A stretch of 64,000 bases of DNA from Patescibacteria group bacterium (GCA_040390045.1 JAZJZC010000005.1:3360-67359); one strand, 5' to 3'; positions 38,618 to 50,432 are shown, counted from the first letter of the stretch. Numbers and translations are program-made. Notes: generated by a model not told the origin, from the sequence alone.

Positions 38618-39449
38618 ATCGAGCTACTCCTTCCTGTTGTTGCGCAAGTGCTTCCGCTACTTGCTGATTGATGAGTTGTAAGGTCGCTAAGGGATCCTTC
38701 GCTTCCGTTATCGGACGTCCGATTACAAGATAATCTGCGCCTGCCGCAATTGCCTCTGATGGCGTTGCGATACGAACCTGATCATCCGCCGCCGCACCTG
38801 CGAGACGAATGCCCGGAGTGATAATTTTGAAACTGGAGCCACACGCGGCATGAATACTCAGTGCTTCGTGAGCTCCAGCCACGGCGCCGTCAAGTCCGCA
38901 AGATTTTGCCAGAAGGGCTAATTTCACCACAAGGTTTCGAACAGTTTTTGCTTGCGCAATTTCAGGCGTAATGCCTTCGACTGCGGCGTAACCTTCGGTT
39001 GTGATCAAACCGATTTCTCGCAAGTCTTCAAATCCAAGACTCGTAAGAATCGTGACGCCGACGAGCAAGGGTTTTCTTGTTAGTCCAAAATTGTATCGGT
39101 CATTTTCCCACACGTCGTCAACAGCTTTTCGTGCAGCCATGAGCATTTTGCGACCACCCAAACAGGGGACATTGATAATCTGCGGTCCCAGGCGAGCAAG
39201 GTTTTTCATAGCTTTGGACACTGTGTTCGCTATGTCGTAGGGTTTAAAGTCTGCGAAAACAGGAACCATTTCCGGGCCAGGAAGACAGGCGAGTGAATCC
39301 ATTGTTGCACTGACGCCTTCGGCATAAAGACGTTCCAGGCCAATTTTCACGCCTGCCACTTCTGCTTGAAGTAATTGTGCCATCGCAATGGCTTCGGCGT
39401 AGCTCATGTTGTCTAAAGCAACAATGACTCGTTTTGACGGGTCTCTCAT
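38601..39449 (-). CDS. pyrF: orotidine-5'-phosphate decarboxylase
   Basis: VALD, KIG, DFKPYDIANT, VTILTS, TPGIR, DDQ.R.ATP, IGRPI. Confidence 0.93.
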   Translation of the reverse strand: MRDPSKRVIVALDNMSYAEAIAMAQLLQAEVAGVKIGLERLYAEGVSATMDSLACLPGPEMVPVFADFKPYDIANTVSKAMKNLARLGPQIINVPCLGGRKMLMAARKAVDDVWENDRYNFGLTRKPLLVGVTILTSLGFEDLREIGLITTEGYAAVEGITPEIAQAKTVRNLVVKLALLAKSCGLDGAVAGAHEALSIHAACGSSFKIITPGIRLAGAAADDQVRIATPSEAIAAGADYLVIGRPITEAKDPLATLQLINQQVAEALAQQQEGVARYARKS

Positions 39450-39575
39450 AGGTTTGTGTGTCGAGGTTCCAATCAGGTGCTGTTTAGCGCCTGTATTTTC
39501 CGAAACGGTCGGAGAAATAGAGTACTGGTTGCAAGTCTACGTGCGGGGTGGAAAAAGGTCAACCCGAAACCTTCC

Positions 39576-39685
39576 ATACGAAAATACGAATTATATACAG
39601 AAATATACGAAAAAATACAAAAACTTTTTAACCCCACTACAATTTTCGTATCATTTCGTATTTTCGTTAGCCCGTATTTCGTATT
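39576..39685. repeat. bipartite TACGAAA / TTTCGTA fold-back repeat element
   Basis: Direct TACGAA units then inverted TTCGTA units; same layout at 63307-63420. Confidence 0.75.
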
Positions 39686-39704
39686 GAAGGGCTGGCGGTT
39701 TGTG

Positions 39705-39732
39705 TTGACACATTTTTGAATATGGGTATACT
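39705..39732 (+). promoter_or_regulatory. sigma70-type promoter of the proB leader
   Basis: TTGACA-16nt-TATACT, 6 nt before ATG 39739. Confidence 0.75.
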
Positions 39733-39738
39733 AAACCC

Positions 39739-39801
39739 ATGACCTTCCGAATCGCTACAGTTACTGTTGTTCCCCCAGCTCCAATTAATTTACGGGGCTA
39801 A
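39739..39801 (+). CDS. putative attenuator leader peptide MTFRIATVTVVPPAPINLRG
   Basis: Hand-translated 20-aa ORF with Pro cluster, between promoter and terminator upstream of proB. Confidence 0.65.
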   Translation: MTFRIATVTVVPPAPINLRG

Positions 39802-39820
39802 TTGAATTTACGTATTTTTT

Positions 39821-39859
39821 CAAAACCGCTCCGATGTGTATCGGAGCGGTTTTGTTTTG
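39821..39859 (+). terminator. attenuator terminator upstream of proB
   Basis: caaaaccgctccgat-gtgt-atcggagcggttttg-tttt. Confidence 0.75.
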
Positions 39860-39963
39860 ATGGAAGTTCCTAAAAATTTTACGGATTTCCACCAGAACAA
39901 ATATGTTTCTGGTCATGCATAGCGCATGGTTCGACCTTTGAAAACAAAACTTCAGAATTACTT

Positions 39964-40764
39964 ATGAAAACTATCAAACGGCTCGTGATTAAGTTTGGCA
40001 CTGGAACTTTGCTCAACGGTGGAAGTTTCCTTGACTCGGCGGTTTTTTCCCGAGTGGCAGATCAAGTGGTGCGATTGAAAAGACAAGGAGTCGAAGTGAT
40101 TATTGTTACCTCGGCTGGCGTGGTGGCCGGTGGGGAAGAATTGCTAAGGCTTGGTAAAAACCCCAACGCGATTTCAAAAAAGTTGCGCGCGGCAATAGGT
40201 GCCTTACGAATTTTAACCTATTGGGCGGAGGCTTTTTCAAACAGAGGTCTGATTGCCCAATTTTGGGTGACCTATCGCAATTGGTCCGATACGGGTGAAC
40301 GCAGGAGCATTAGAGACACAGCGCTTGAAGCGCTGGCAGCCGGTATTACTCCAGTCTTCAACGAAAATGACCCAGTGTCTGACCTTGAAATTCAGACCAT
40401 GCTCGCGGGCATCAGTGACAATGACTGGCTGGCAGGGAAGATTGCTTGGCTACTTAATGCCGATGCAATTATGTTCTTCTCGGATGTCGAAGCCGTCTTT
40501 GAGAGAAATCCAACGCAGTATGCCGATGCCCGGGCGTACCTGGAAATTGACCCTCACAACATTCCGAAAGAACTTCGCGCGGCAGGCGCAGCGTCAAAAA
40601 CCGGGCGCGGTGGCATGGGTTCAAAAATCATGGCCGCGGCAAAATGCGCGAAGCAGGGCATGCGTGTTTCAATCGCTAGTTTGAACGGCACTGAGTGCAT
40701 TTTGCGGTTTGTCGCCGGCGAGCACGTGGGAACCATGATGGGCACGAAGAATATTCTGAAGTAG
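39964..40764 (+). CDS. proB: glutamate 5-kinase (no PUA domain)
   Basis: VIKFGT, VTSAGV, NEND, DNDWLA, SDV, GRGGMGSKI. Confidence 0.9.
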   Translation: MKTIKRLVIKFGTGTLLNGGSFLDSAVFSRVADQVVRLKRQGVEVIIVTSAGVVAGGEELLRLGKNPNAISKKLRAAIGALRILTYWAEAFSNRGLIAQFWVTYRNWSDTGERRSIRDTALEALAAGITPVFNENDPVSDLEIQTMLAGISDNDWLAGKIAWLLNADAIMFFSDVEAVFERNPTQYADARAYLEIDPHNIPKELRAAGAASKTGRGGMGSKIMAAAKCAKQGMRVSIASLNGTECILRFVAGEHVGTMMGTKNILK

Positions 40765-40904
40765 GGAATTAATCTCGACTCAAACTCCGAATTATTTCGG
40801 AGTTTTTTCTTGCCTTATATTCTAATGTTCTCAAGAATATCAGAACATAGTTTGTAATAGATAGAAAATTTCTAGATACCTAATGTTTAGGAATTAGCAT
40901 AAAG

Positions 40905-40946
40905 AAAAAACCCGCTACTTTAGTTAACTAAAGTAGCGGGTTTTTT
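40905..40946. repeat. 42-bp perfect palindrome containing ACTTTAGTTAACTAAAGT (copy 3); possible bidirectional terminator
   Basis: aaaaaacccgctactttagtt|aactaaagtagcgggtttttt between convergent proB and purN. Confidence 0.85.
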
Positions 40947-41027
40947 TAAATTACGCAAAGATTTCGATTTTTGAATTTAATATTTTTCAGTTTGAATTAA
41001 AAAAACGTTCCAACTAGGGTTGGAACG

Positions 41028-41753
41028 TTAACCTTTCGGGTACAAGATTTCAGCAGCTCGTTTGGCTTCGTTGAGAATTTCCAAGTAATCCCGCTTGATC
41101 AGTTCCTCTGGCCGGAGGTGAGGTTTGGCCGTGCCCGTCGCAATTTGCCGCCAAGCTTCGATTTGAACCTTGTGTTCAACGGGCAGGAGTCTTTCTTGCA
41201 GACTTGCAACAGTGTCATCTGGCAGGATCGCAACCCTCTCACTGTGAATGATAAGCCCTCGGTCAACCACTGGATCAACCACGTGCGCTGTGGCCTCGAT
41301 CCAAGGGTGCGGAATCTTGGCTTTCCGCATGAAGTACAGAGTGGCGCAGGGAACCCTCGCACCATGCATTCCTGTGCCGCCAAAGTCGGGATAGCCCGGG
41401 TCGGTTGCGCCCGGGTGCTGGTTGTTCGTTCTTTCAGGGAACAGGTTAATGACGTTCAGCGGAGTGGTAGGAAGCCAACCGTGCTGGCCGATAGCGGTGA
41501 CCTCATATTTTTCGAACGATGAGATAAGAGCTCTGCCAAACTGAATGCCGTCTTGAAAGTCTTTACGCCTCACGACCTCACAGATCAACTTTCTTTCAAG
41601 AGCTTTTTTGATACCTCCAGCATCAGGCCGGCTGACAATGACGCAAGCGATTTCTACCAAACCTTGAAGCGGTCCAGTGCGAGTGGCTTCCTCAATGGCC
41701 ATGGCGGTGGTTCCTCCTCCTGAAATCAGGAGCGCGAGTCGAAGTGGCTTCAT
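41028..41753 (-). CDS. purN: divergent phosphoribosylglycinamide formyltransferase
   Basis: LISGGGT, NQHPG, FGG.GMHG, AHVV...VDRG, DT..SL.ERL..EH. Confidence 0.85.
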   Translation of the reverse strand: MKPLRLALLISGGGTTAMAIEEATRTGPLQGLVEIACVIVSRPDAGGIKKALERKLICEVVRRKDFQDGIQFGRALISSFEKYEVTAIGQHGWLPTTPLNVINLFPERTNNQHPGATDPGYPDFGGTGMHGARVPCATLYFMRKAKIPHPWIEATAHVVDPVVDRGLIIHSERVAILPDDTVASLQERLLPVEHKVQIEAWRQIATGTAKPHLRPEELIKRDYLEILNEAKRAAEILYPKG

Positions 41754-41876
41754 AATTTTCAATCTACCAAAGTTTTTCTGCCTTGATACTACTGATTTAA
41801 AATAAAAATGCAAGATTAATGATCTTTCGGTGGCAGTGTGTTACTATTTTTTTAGTAAATCTTAGAACACTTGTAT

Positions 41877-42410
41877 ATGCAAAAAATAGGTTGGTTCCCA
41901 TTTGGCTTCATGGCGCTGCTTATCGGCGGGGCAGTTGTAACTATTGTTTGGATGTGCCTCGATGATAAGCGCAAAAATCGTTTGAGGAGAGAGGGTGCGT
42001 TGGCAAGAGGGCGAGAATACCTGGAGCAATTCCGTCGATTGGAAATGGATGCGGAGACGCTTTTTCATCGATTGAGAAATGAGGGATTACGCTGTTGGGA
42101 TATCGATATCAGTGATCTTGAGATTTGGACAGTAGAGATCCAATATCAAAAGGGACGATTGTTAAAACTCGAATCCGAGATTAACCATTTGGGGCCGACT
42201 ATCGAAGCACTTCGTGGCAATCAATTGATTCCTATGGAAGACTGGCTCGATTTCCTCGGACCATTGGTGGCGGGACGTAGAGAGTTGCGTTTATTGTGTG
42301 ATCAAATCTCGCAGAGAATCAAAGAAGTGGAGAAGTGGAAGGCCGACGAGGAAGCTCGGTTAAAGCGGCGCCAAATTTCAAAAGCCCTCGAGACTACAGT
42401 CATTACTTGA
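41877..42410 (+). CDS. orphan with N-terminal TM helix and coiled coil
   Basis: Long ORF followed by terminator-like hairpin at ~42427-42454. Confidence 0.7.
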   Translation: MQKIGWFPFGFMALLIGGAVVTIVWMCLDDKRKNRLRREGALARGREYLEQFRRLEMDAETLFHRLRNEGLRCWDIDISDLEIWTVEIQYQKGRLLKLESEINHLGPTIEALRGNQLIPMEDWLDFLGPLVAGRRELRLLCDQISQRIKEVEKWKADEEARLKRRQISKALETTVIT

Positions 42411-42497
42411 GGTAATAATGTTTGTAAGCGGCCTTTTTCTAAAGCCGCTTTTTTATATAAAAACTTTGCACAGATGGCAGTTTTAAAATTCTATAAA

Positions 42498-42764
42498 TTA
42501 TTTTTCGCCATCCTCTCGTTTTTTCTGCCATTCTGCCATGGCGCCAGAGCCAGTTTGAAAATTTTGTCGACGAGAGACTGGAGGAGTCGGTGCTGGGCGT
42601 CGAGTTCGTCGACGCTCTCGTTTTTCAACTGCCGCAGCAATTATCGCTTTAGTTTTTTTATCAAACTCTTCGTCAGGCTCTTTGCCGGCTTCCACATATT
42701 CTCGAGCCAGATCAAAAGCCTCTTTGTTTGCCACTCTCGGTACAAATTTTGCTCCTTCTTCCAT
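42498..42764 (-). CDS. small charged hypothetical protein
   Basis: ATG 6 nt after a TAAAAT box. Confidence 0.65.
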   Translation of the reverse strand: MEEGAKFVPRVANKEAFDLAREYVEAGKEPDEEFDKKTKAIIAAAVEKRERRRTRRPAPTPPVSRRQNFQTGSGAMAEWQKKREDGEK

Positions 42765-42884
42765 GTAGTAATTTTAACGTTCTTTGCAAATCATCACAAG
42801 TGACAATTTCATTTATTTTTAGTAAGAATTGTTAGTTTTGCTATTTTGGACTATTGTGATATGTTTTGAATAGCATAGAATCTT

Positions 42885-43079
42885 ATGGAAAAAAGAATAA
42901 AAAGCAACGGCAATTGCACACGACACGGATGTTCGGGTACTGTGCGTGTTTCTCGGTATAATAGCCAGCGTGCTGAATGTGACACATGCGGTCAAACGTA
43001 TGGAGAGACGGAGAGTTCGTGGACTGAAAGCAGGCGGTATGTCCAGAAAAGTTTTAAGCGGAATACGTTTCCGCAATAA
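42885..43079 (+). CDS. small Zn-ribbon-like protein
   Basis: CTRHGC...CDTCG; ends at hairpin shared with atpC. Confidence 0.55.
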   Translation: MEKRIKSNGNCTRHGCSGTVRVSRYNSQRAECDTCGQTYGETESSWTESRRYVQKSFKRNTFPQ

Positions 43080-43111
43080 TTCCACTTCAACCGCCAAAAA
43101 ATTGGCGGTTT

Positions 43112-43558
43112 TTACTTGCGATATTTTTTCGATTTCCACTTGTCAGCAATTTTGACGCGTGTGAGCGAGCGTTCGAGTTCGGCGGAGAAATGTTCGAAGT
43201 TCACTACTTCTTTATTAGCCATTTGTTTTTGCAATTCCTCTGCGCGTAACTTAGCTTTGGCGATGATATCGTCAGAAAGATCAGATACATGTTCAGCAAA
43301 ATCAGCCAAAACTGCGACTGTTGTTTGCCCCGATTCATTTTTTTTGATCTCAACAAACCCGCCGGCCACTGCCATTGGAATATGCTCACCGTTTGAAACT
43401 GCCACGACATCACCTGATTTTAAATTTGCGATGAGCGGAATGTGGTCAGGCAAAATGGTCAATTCTCCTTCGGTTGTTGGGAAGGTAACCTGATCAACTT
43501 CCTCGTCGAGGATCAGGCGTTCTGGGGTGATGATTTTTAGTTTAAGTTTTTTAGCCAT
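43112..43558 (-). CDS. atpC: ATP synthase epsilon subunit
   Basis: IITPER, PT.EGELTILPDH.P, GGFVE. Confidence 0.95.
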   Translation of the reverse strand: MAKKLKLKIITPERLILDEEVDQVTFPTTEGELTILPDHIPLIANLKSGDVVAVSNGEHIPMAVAGGFVEIKKNESGQTTVAVLADFAEHVSDLSDDIIAKAKLRAEELQKQMANKEVVNFEHFSAELERSLTRVKIADKWKSKKYRK

Positions 43559-43573
43559 AGACTTCGGGCCATT

Positions 43574-44956
<1,383 letters not shown>

Positions 44957-45015
44957 TTATAAACTTTCTTAATACATTCGGCCTGGTGGCCTCAGTATTT
45001 CGTCGCCTACGCTCC

Positions 45016-45927
45016 TCAACTCACACTCGCCATTCCCGCGCTAATCTCCGAAATTTCCTGGGTGATTGATGCTTGTCTGGCTTTGTTAAATACCAGTGTC
45101 AGGTCATCAATCATTTCTCCCGCGGCGTCTGAAGCGTTTTTCATTGCGACCATTCGTGAAGATTGTTCAGAAGCATTCGATTCAAGGAGCATTTGATACA
45201 GTTGCATGCGGGTCAATTTTTCGGCGAGTGAACCGAGGAGTTTATTTTTGTCGCCCTCGATCAAATAGTCAACCTTGCCGTTTCCGCCCTGACTTTGAGG
45301 TGAAGTCTCCAGGTCGGGGCTTTTTCCTAAGTCGTCTATCAATTCTTTAAGGTCACTTTTTGATACTGGCAGGATTTGTTTAATATTAGCTGTTTGTGTT
45401 ATCGCCGATTTGAAGTCTGTATATGCAACGAGAACCTTGTCATAATTTCCAGTTGAAAATTCCTCCATCGCCATTCTTGAAATAGGCATAATGTCGGAAA
45501 GGGAAATATTTGCAGGAAGTTCGGTAAATGAGGCGATGATTTTTTTGCCGACACGGCGCATAGCGGTGTCGCCTTTTCTTCCTACGGTAAGCAAATCAAC
45601 ATTCTGCTGTTTTCGCAGCAGGGTTAATGTTTTCTTAATCACTTGTGAATTATATGCGCCGCAAAGTCCGCGGTTTGAGGTGATAAGTATTAAAAGAGTG
45701 TTGTTACGTGTTACGTGTTCCATGAATAACGGGTGAGTGACTTCATCCAAATTTTTGCCGATTGATTGCAAAATTTCCCACGAATATTCAGCGTACAGGC
45801 GCGACGCAAGCGTAGACGCCACCGCACGCTTCATCTTCGAAGCCGCCACGAGCTCCATGGCCTTGGTGATTTTCCGCGTGCTCTTCACGCTCTTTATTCG
45901 TCTTTTAATTTCTTTTGCGCCGGCCAT
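45016..45927 (-). CDS. atpG: ATP synthase gamma subunit
   Basis: KITKAMELVAASK, NRGLCG.YN, SEQSSRM.AM, RQASITQEI. Confidence 0.98.
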   Translation of the reverse strand: MAGAKEIKRRIKSVKSTRKITKAMELVAASKMKRAVASTLASRLYAEYSWEILQSIGKNLDEVTHPLFMEHVTRNNTLLILITSNRGLCGAYNSQVIKKTLTLLRKQQNVDLLTVGRKGDTAMRRVGKKIIASFTELPANISLSDIMPISRMAMEEFSTGNYDKVLVAYTDFKSAITQTANIKQILPVSKSDLKELIDDLGKSPDLETSPQSQGGNGKVDYLIEGDKNKLLGSLAEKLTRMQLYQMLLESNASEQSSRMVAMKNASDAAGEMIDDLTLVFNKARQASITQEISEISAGMASVS

Positions 45928-45989
45928 AAAATAGATTTAAGATTTATGATTCAAGATTTAAGTTAAGGAATTCAATTTGTTCAAGCTAT

Positions 45990-46664
45990 TTATTCTTCTT
46001 TACTACGAGCTTTTGCTATTATGTCATCCAGCCTTTCATCTGATTCATGCATAAATCGTTTGGATAAACCTCTAAAATCTTGCTCGATTTCAGGAGGCAA
46101 CACGAATCCAAGTTCTGCGGCAAGAGTAAAAAATTCTGGGAAATAATACAAATGATTTCCAAGTGCAAAAGAAAGATTACTCCACTTTCTTTTTTCATCA
46201 GAGCCTTCGACTAACTGGGGATCTTTCTCTATTTCGGTTTCTCGTCTCTCAACGAGCTCAATATTAGTGGCTAACTGTTCAAGTGCAGACTGTAAAGCTT
46301 TTGCCATAATAGATGAGAAATATTTTAAAATTTCTTCCCTAAAAGATTTAACATCTAAACCCTCAGACTCTGCAACGTCAAGACCCTCATTTATTTTTTT
46401 TATTAAATCCATTAAGGCAAATGCCGAGGGAGCATCAATGAGAGTTTGACTAGCAATTTCTTCTATTCTTTCCAGTGTGTTCGGTAAAAGTGATACAAGC
46501 GGATATTGTTGTTCATAAAGGGTATAATTATCATCCGTTCGTTGATCACGTGGTAAGTTATCCAATTTTTTCTTTTTATACTCTAAAAAAGCCGCCTTTA
46601 GAGGCTCAGGAATTTCTATTTTTTGCAAGCCTAAAGGCTGGGATAATTTTTCTACTCCATTCAT
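45990..46664 (-). CDS. orphan acidic helical protein inserted between atpA and atpG
   Basis: 224-aa ORF starting 6 nt after the atpA stop; no recognisable motif. Confidence 0.8.
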   Translation of the reverse strand: MNGVEKLSQPLGLQKIEIPEPLKAAFLEYKKKKLDNLPRDQRTDDNYTLYEQQYPLVSLLPNTLERIEEIASQTLIDAPSAFALMDLIKKINEGLDVAESEGLDVKSFREEILKYFSSIMAKALQSALEQLATNIELVERRETEIEKDPQLVEGSDEKRKWSNLSFALGNHLYYFPEFFTLAAELGFVLPPEIEQDFRGLSKRFMHESDERLDDIIAKARSKEE

Positions 46665-46670
46665 ATGTAT

Positions 46671-48173
46671 TTATTTCGTAAATGTCGTTTTGAATTCAGC
46701 AATAACTTTCTTCAACTCTGCCTCGCCGGCTTCCGTCCACATTTTAGTGTCGGTGACATCTTTGAAGAAAACTTTAGCGTTGCTTTCGGCATAATCAACA
46801 AGACCAGCTTCGAATTCTTTGATCTTGGCTACTGGAACATCATCCATGAAGCCTTTCACCAAAGCGTAAAGGGTAACAACTTGATGAATGGTTTTAACTG
46901 GTGCGTATTGAGGTTGTTTGAGCACTTCAACGGCGCGTTTGCCACGTTCGAGTTGGCGTTTGGTGCTTTCGTCAAGATCAGAACCGAATTGAGAAAAGGC
47001 TTCGAGTTCGCGGTACTGCGCGAGTTCGAGTTTCAAAGTTCCGGCCACTTTTTTCATAGCTTTGATTTGGGCTGAAGAACCGACGCGAGAAACCGAGTTA
47101 CCAACGTTGACGGCTGGGCGGATACCTTTGTAGAAAAGATCAGTTTCCAAGAAAATTTGACCATCAGTGATCGAAATTACGTTGGTTGGAATGTAGGCAG
47201 AAATATCTCCGGCCTGAGTTTCAATAATTGGAAGCGCGGTGATTGAACCGCCACCATATTTTGCATTTCGTCGGCAGGCGCGTTCCAAAAGGCGAGAGTG
47301 AAGATAGAAGACATCACCTGGATAGGCTTCGCGGCCTGGTGGACGTCGGAGCAAGAGGGAAATTTCGCGGTAGGCGACGGCATGCTTTGAAAGATCATCG
47401 TAAATAATCAAAACATCTTTTCCTTGATCCATAAAATATTCGGCAATTGAAACGCCGGTGTACGGAGCAATGTAGGAAAGCGCGGCCGACTCCGAAGATC
47501 CAGCGGAGACAATGACGGTGTAGGCCATCGCGCCTCCTTCTTCAAGTCGAGTTTGCAATTTGCGAAGTTTGGAATCTTTTTGGCCGATTGAAACGTAGAC
47601 GCAGATCATGTTTTGACCCTTTTGGTTTAGAATCGTGTCGATAGCGATAGCAGTTTTTCCGGTCTGGCGATCGCCGATCAAAAGTTCTCGTTGGCCACGG
47701 CCGATTGGGATCAAGGCGTCGATTGATTTGATTCCGGTTTGGACTGGTTGGTCAACACTTTGGCGAGTTACAACTCCTGGAGCCACTTTTTCAATTGGGT
47801 AGGTTTTGGCAGATTTGATTGCGCCCTTGCCGTCGATTGGTTCTCCAAGTGCGTTGAGCACACGGCCGATATGTGAATCGGACACAGGAACTTCAAGAAT
47901 TTTTCCAGTAGCTTTCACCTCATCTCCTTCTTTAATTTTTGAGAAATCGCCGAGAATGATGACACCGACAGAATCCTCGTCGAGGTTAAGGGCAACGCCT
48001 AGCTCGCCGTTTGGAAAGAGCACCATTTCAGAGGCTTTGATGTCTCCCAAGCCGGAAATTTTAGCGATACCGTCGAACACTTCGACAACATGGCCGATTT
48101 TTTCTGTCTTGGCTTCAAATTGAAACTTTTCAATTTGTTTTTTTAAATTCTCAACGATAGTGTTGTTTGCCAT
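46671..48173 (-). CDS. atpA: ATP synthase alpha subunit
   Basis: [40 protein letters not shown]. Confidence 0.99.
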   Translation of the reverse strand: MANNTIVENLKKQIEKFQFEAKTEKIGHVVEVFDGIAKISGLGDIKASEMVLFPNGELGVALNLDEDSVGVIILGDFSKIKEGDEVKATGKILEVPVSDSHIGRVLNALGEPIDGKGAIKSAKTYPIEKVAPGVVTRQSVDQPVQTGIKSIDALIPIGRGQRELLIGDRQTGKTAIAIDTILNQKGQNMICVYVSIGQKDSKLRKLQTRLEEGGAMAYTVIVSAGSSESAALSYIAPYTGVSIAEYFMDQGKDVLIIYDDLSKHAVAYREISLLLRRPPGREAYPGDVFYLHSRLLERACRRNAKYGGGSITALPIIETQAGDISAYIPTNVISITDGQIFLETDLFYKGIRPAVNVGNSVSRVGSSAQIKAMKKVAGTLKLELAQYRELEAFSQFGSDLDESTKRQLERGKRAVEVLKQPQYAPVKTIHQVVTLYALVKGFMDDVPVAKIKEFEAGLVDYAESNAKVFFKDVTDTKMWTEAGEAELKKVIAEFKTTFTK

Positions 48174-48174
48174 G

Positions 48175-48582
48175 TTAGTTTGTCATTAAATATTCTTGCA
48201 ATCGATCGACTCTATGTTTCAGTGAAAGGTCTAAGATTTCTCCGCCAGCTTCTATCTTTACTCCGCCGAGTAGGGACTTATCTTCTTTCCATTCTATCCT
48301 CGGAGTTTTACTTTTGTGTCGGGCTTTCAGAAGTGTCTCAATTTTTTCTTCAGCGCTCTTGCTTAAGGGATTTTTGCTCGAAACTTTTGCTCGTACAATG
48401 TTTTGTTCGGTATCAGAAAGTTGAGTGATGTAATTTAAAATTTCTGGCGTTTTTGATAGCAAATTTTTTTTGGCTAAAAATTCTACCGCCATTTTTAAAG
48501 CACTATCAAGTTCCGCACCCGTTTTATTTTTTGCGGACTGGTAGATTGCTTCTGCGATATTTTTGCTGGAAAATTTGGCCAT
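48175..48582 (-). CDS. atpH: ATP synthase delta subunit (short form)
   Basis: Operon position; C-terminal [16 protein letters not shown]. Confidence 0.88.
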   Translation of the reverse strand: MAKFSSKNIAEAIYQSAKNKTGAELDSALKMAVEFLAKKNLLSKTPEILNYITQLSDTEQNIVRAKVSSKNPLSKSAEEKIETLLKARHKSKTPRIEWKEDKSLLGGVKIEAGGEILDLSLKHRVDRLQEYLMTN

Positions 48583-48600
48583 GATGGGAAGGTGGAAGAT

Positions 48601-49065
48601 TTATTTGTTAGACATTTGCTCGGATTGCTTTTCAAGAAGCTTCTTAGTGGCCTCAATTGCAAGAGTGACAACCTCCTTTCGGGCATCTTCAACCATTTTC
48701 ACCTTTTCGGCTTCCATGGTTTTCTTGGTGTTCGCCATCATTTTGGCAACATCAGCTTTTGCTTCCTCGATCATTTCAGTTCGTTTGGCCTCGGCTTTTT
48801 TGCGACCATCTTGGAAAATGGTTTGGGCTTCCGCGCGAGCCTGGGCGAGCGCGGCTTCGTATTCTGCTTTTGTCGCGGTCAAAAGTTCAGCGTTAGTTTT
48901 GGCATCATGTACACCTCGGGCAATTTTCTCAGAACGCTCAGCCATCAATTTATTGAGAGGTTTAAGCGCGAAAATGTAGACTACGATAAAAACAATCGCG
49001 AAGTTGATGGCTTGGGCGATAATAATGTGCCAATCTATATGAAAAGTATTGATTATTGATTCCAT
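48601..49065 (-). CDS. atpF: ATP synthase b subunit
   Basis: QAINF, KPL..L..ER..KI, coiled coil. Confidence 0.95.
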   Translation of the reverse strand: MESIINTFHIDWHIIIAQAINFAIVFIVVYIFALKPLNKLMAERSEKIARGVHDAKTNAELLTATKAEYEAALAQARAEAQTIFQDGRKKAEAKRTEMIEEAKADVAKMMANTKKTMEAEKVKMVEDARKEVVTLAIEATKKLLEKQSEQMSNK

Positions 49066-49080
49066 AAAAAAGATTTAAGA

Positions 49081-49100
49081 CCTGCCTGCCGGCAGGCAGG
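49081..49100. repeat. 20-bp palindrome CCTGCCTGCCGGCAGGCAGG
   Basis: Perfect palindrome; variant at 63708-63727. Confidence 0.85.
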
Positions 49101-49186
49101 TTTATACTGTCGTGATTAAGCGGACAGTTGGAGATTTAATTCGCTACTGCGAATTAAATCTAGAAACTGACAACTTGAGGCGAAAG

Positions 49187-49402
<216 letters not shown>

Positions 49403-49481
49403 TTAAATTAATTAATAAATGTTTGACCTTTACCTTCTGATATCTTATTAAAAATACCAAAAGGCAACCTTCAAATTTCAG

Positions 49482-50432
49482 TTAAGCCTTTGCCGTGTGG
49501 TGCTCGTGTTCCTCCGCCCTTCCTGCGTCAGGACCTTCGGCATGCTCATCGTGACTATCATGGCTATCATGATCTTGTGAGGCGATAGTGAAGTACACCA
49601 ACACCAAAATTGAGAAGATGAGCGCCTGGATGAGCCCGACGAAAATTTCAAGAAACAAAAATGGAATTGGCAAAAGGTAGGGAAGAATTTTGCTCATTGC
49701 CATAAGAAGCACTTCTCCAGCAAACACATTTCCGAACAATCGAAATGAAAGGGAGGCGATTTTGGCAATTTCACCCACTAACTCAAGAATGCCGACAAAA
49801 AAAGTTACCGGTGCTACCACAAGCACTGTTGGATCCTTTTTGACTCGGGTAAAAATTCCCCCGAGCGCCTTCAGGTTAACATATTTGTTAAAAGTTTTCC
49901 AGATTCCGATTGAGAAAATTCCGAAGAGGTTTGCCGAGACGACGGCCATGATTGCCAGTGCGATTGTGGTGTTGATGTCGGCGGTGCCGCTACGAAGGAA
50001 GGGGATGAAGGAAAGGCCGTGTTCACCATCTTCAATGAGGCCAATGCCACCTAAGGGCAAGAGGCCAAGCCAGTTGTTGACCAAAATAAATAGAAAAACT
50101 GAAAAAGCGAGCGGGAAAACTTTCTCGGAAATTTTTCGGCTATTGGTGACTTGGTCACACAGGTCGAGCGCACCTTCAAGCAGCGCTTCGAAGAAGTTTT
50201 GAATTTTGCCAGGAATTTCGCGAAGCGTGACACGAATGATGATGGCCAAAAGCGCGATGATTAAAACCGCACTGACACTGGTCAAAAGTGCGTTGGTGAT
50301 AGGAAGCGAGCCGACGTGAGTGATATTTTCGGCGAAAAGGGTAGTTTCGTGCTTCACCTCGGAAGCGGCGCCCGCTGCGGGCGCCGCCGTCACCTCAGTT
50401 TTAGTATTAAGCTTTGTTGTTTGCTGAGTCAT
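49482..50432 (-). CDS. atpB: ATP synthase a subunit with His-rich tail
   Basis: NNWLGLLP, TADIN, SLSFRLFGNVFAGE, IQALIF. Confidence 0.97.
   Translation of the reverse strand: MTQQTTKLNTKTEVTAAPAAGAASEVKHETTLFAENITHVGSLPITNALLTSVSAVLIIALLAIIIRVTLREIPGKIQNFFEALLEGALDLCDQVTNSRKISEKVFPLAFSVFLFILVNNWLGLLPLGGIGLIEDGEHGLSFIPFLRSGTADINTTIALAIMAVVSANLFGIFSIGIWKTFNKYVNLKALGGIFTRVKKDPTVLVVAPVTFFVGILELVGEIAKIASLSFRLFGNVFAGEVLLMAMSKILPYLLPIPFLFLEIFVGLIQALIFSILVLVYFTIASQDHDSHDSHDEHAEGPDAGRAEEHEHHTAKA

Noticed and set aside
39556-39562. AGGTC(G/A)A as a general upstream motif
   Set aside because: Orientation is inconsistent; here and at ~9226 it is simply the reverse of a TTGACC -35 box.
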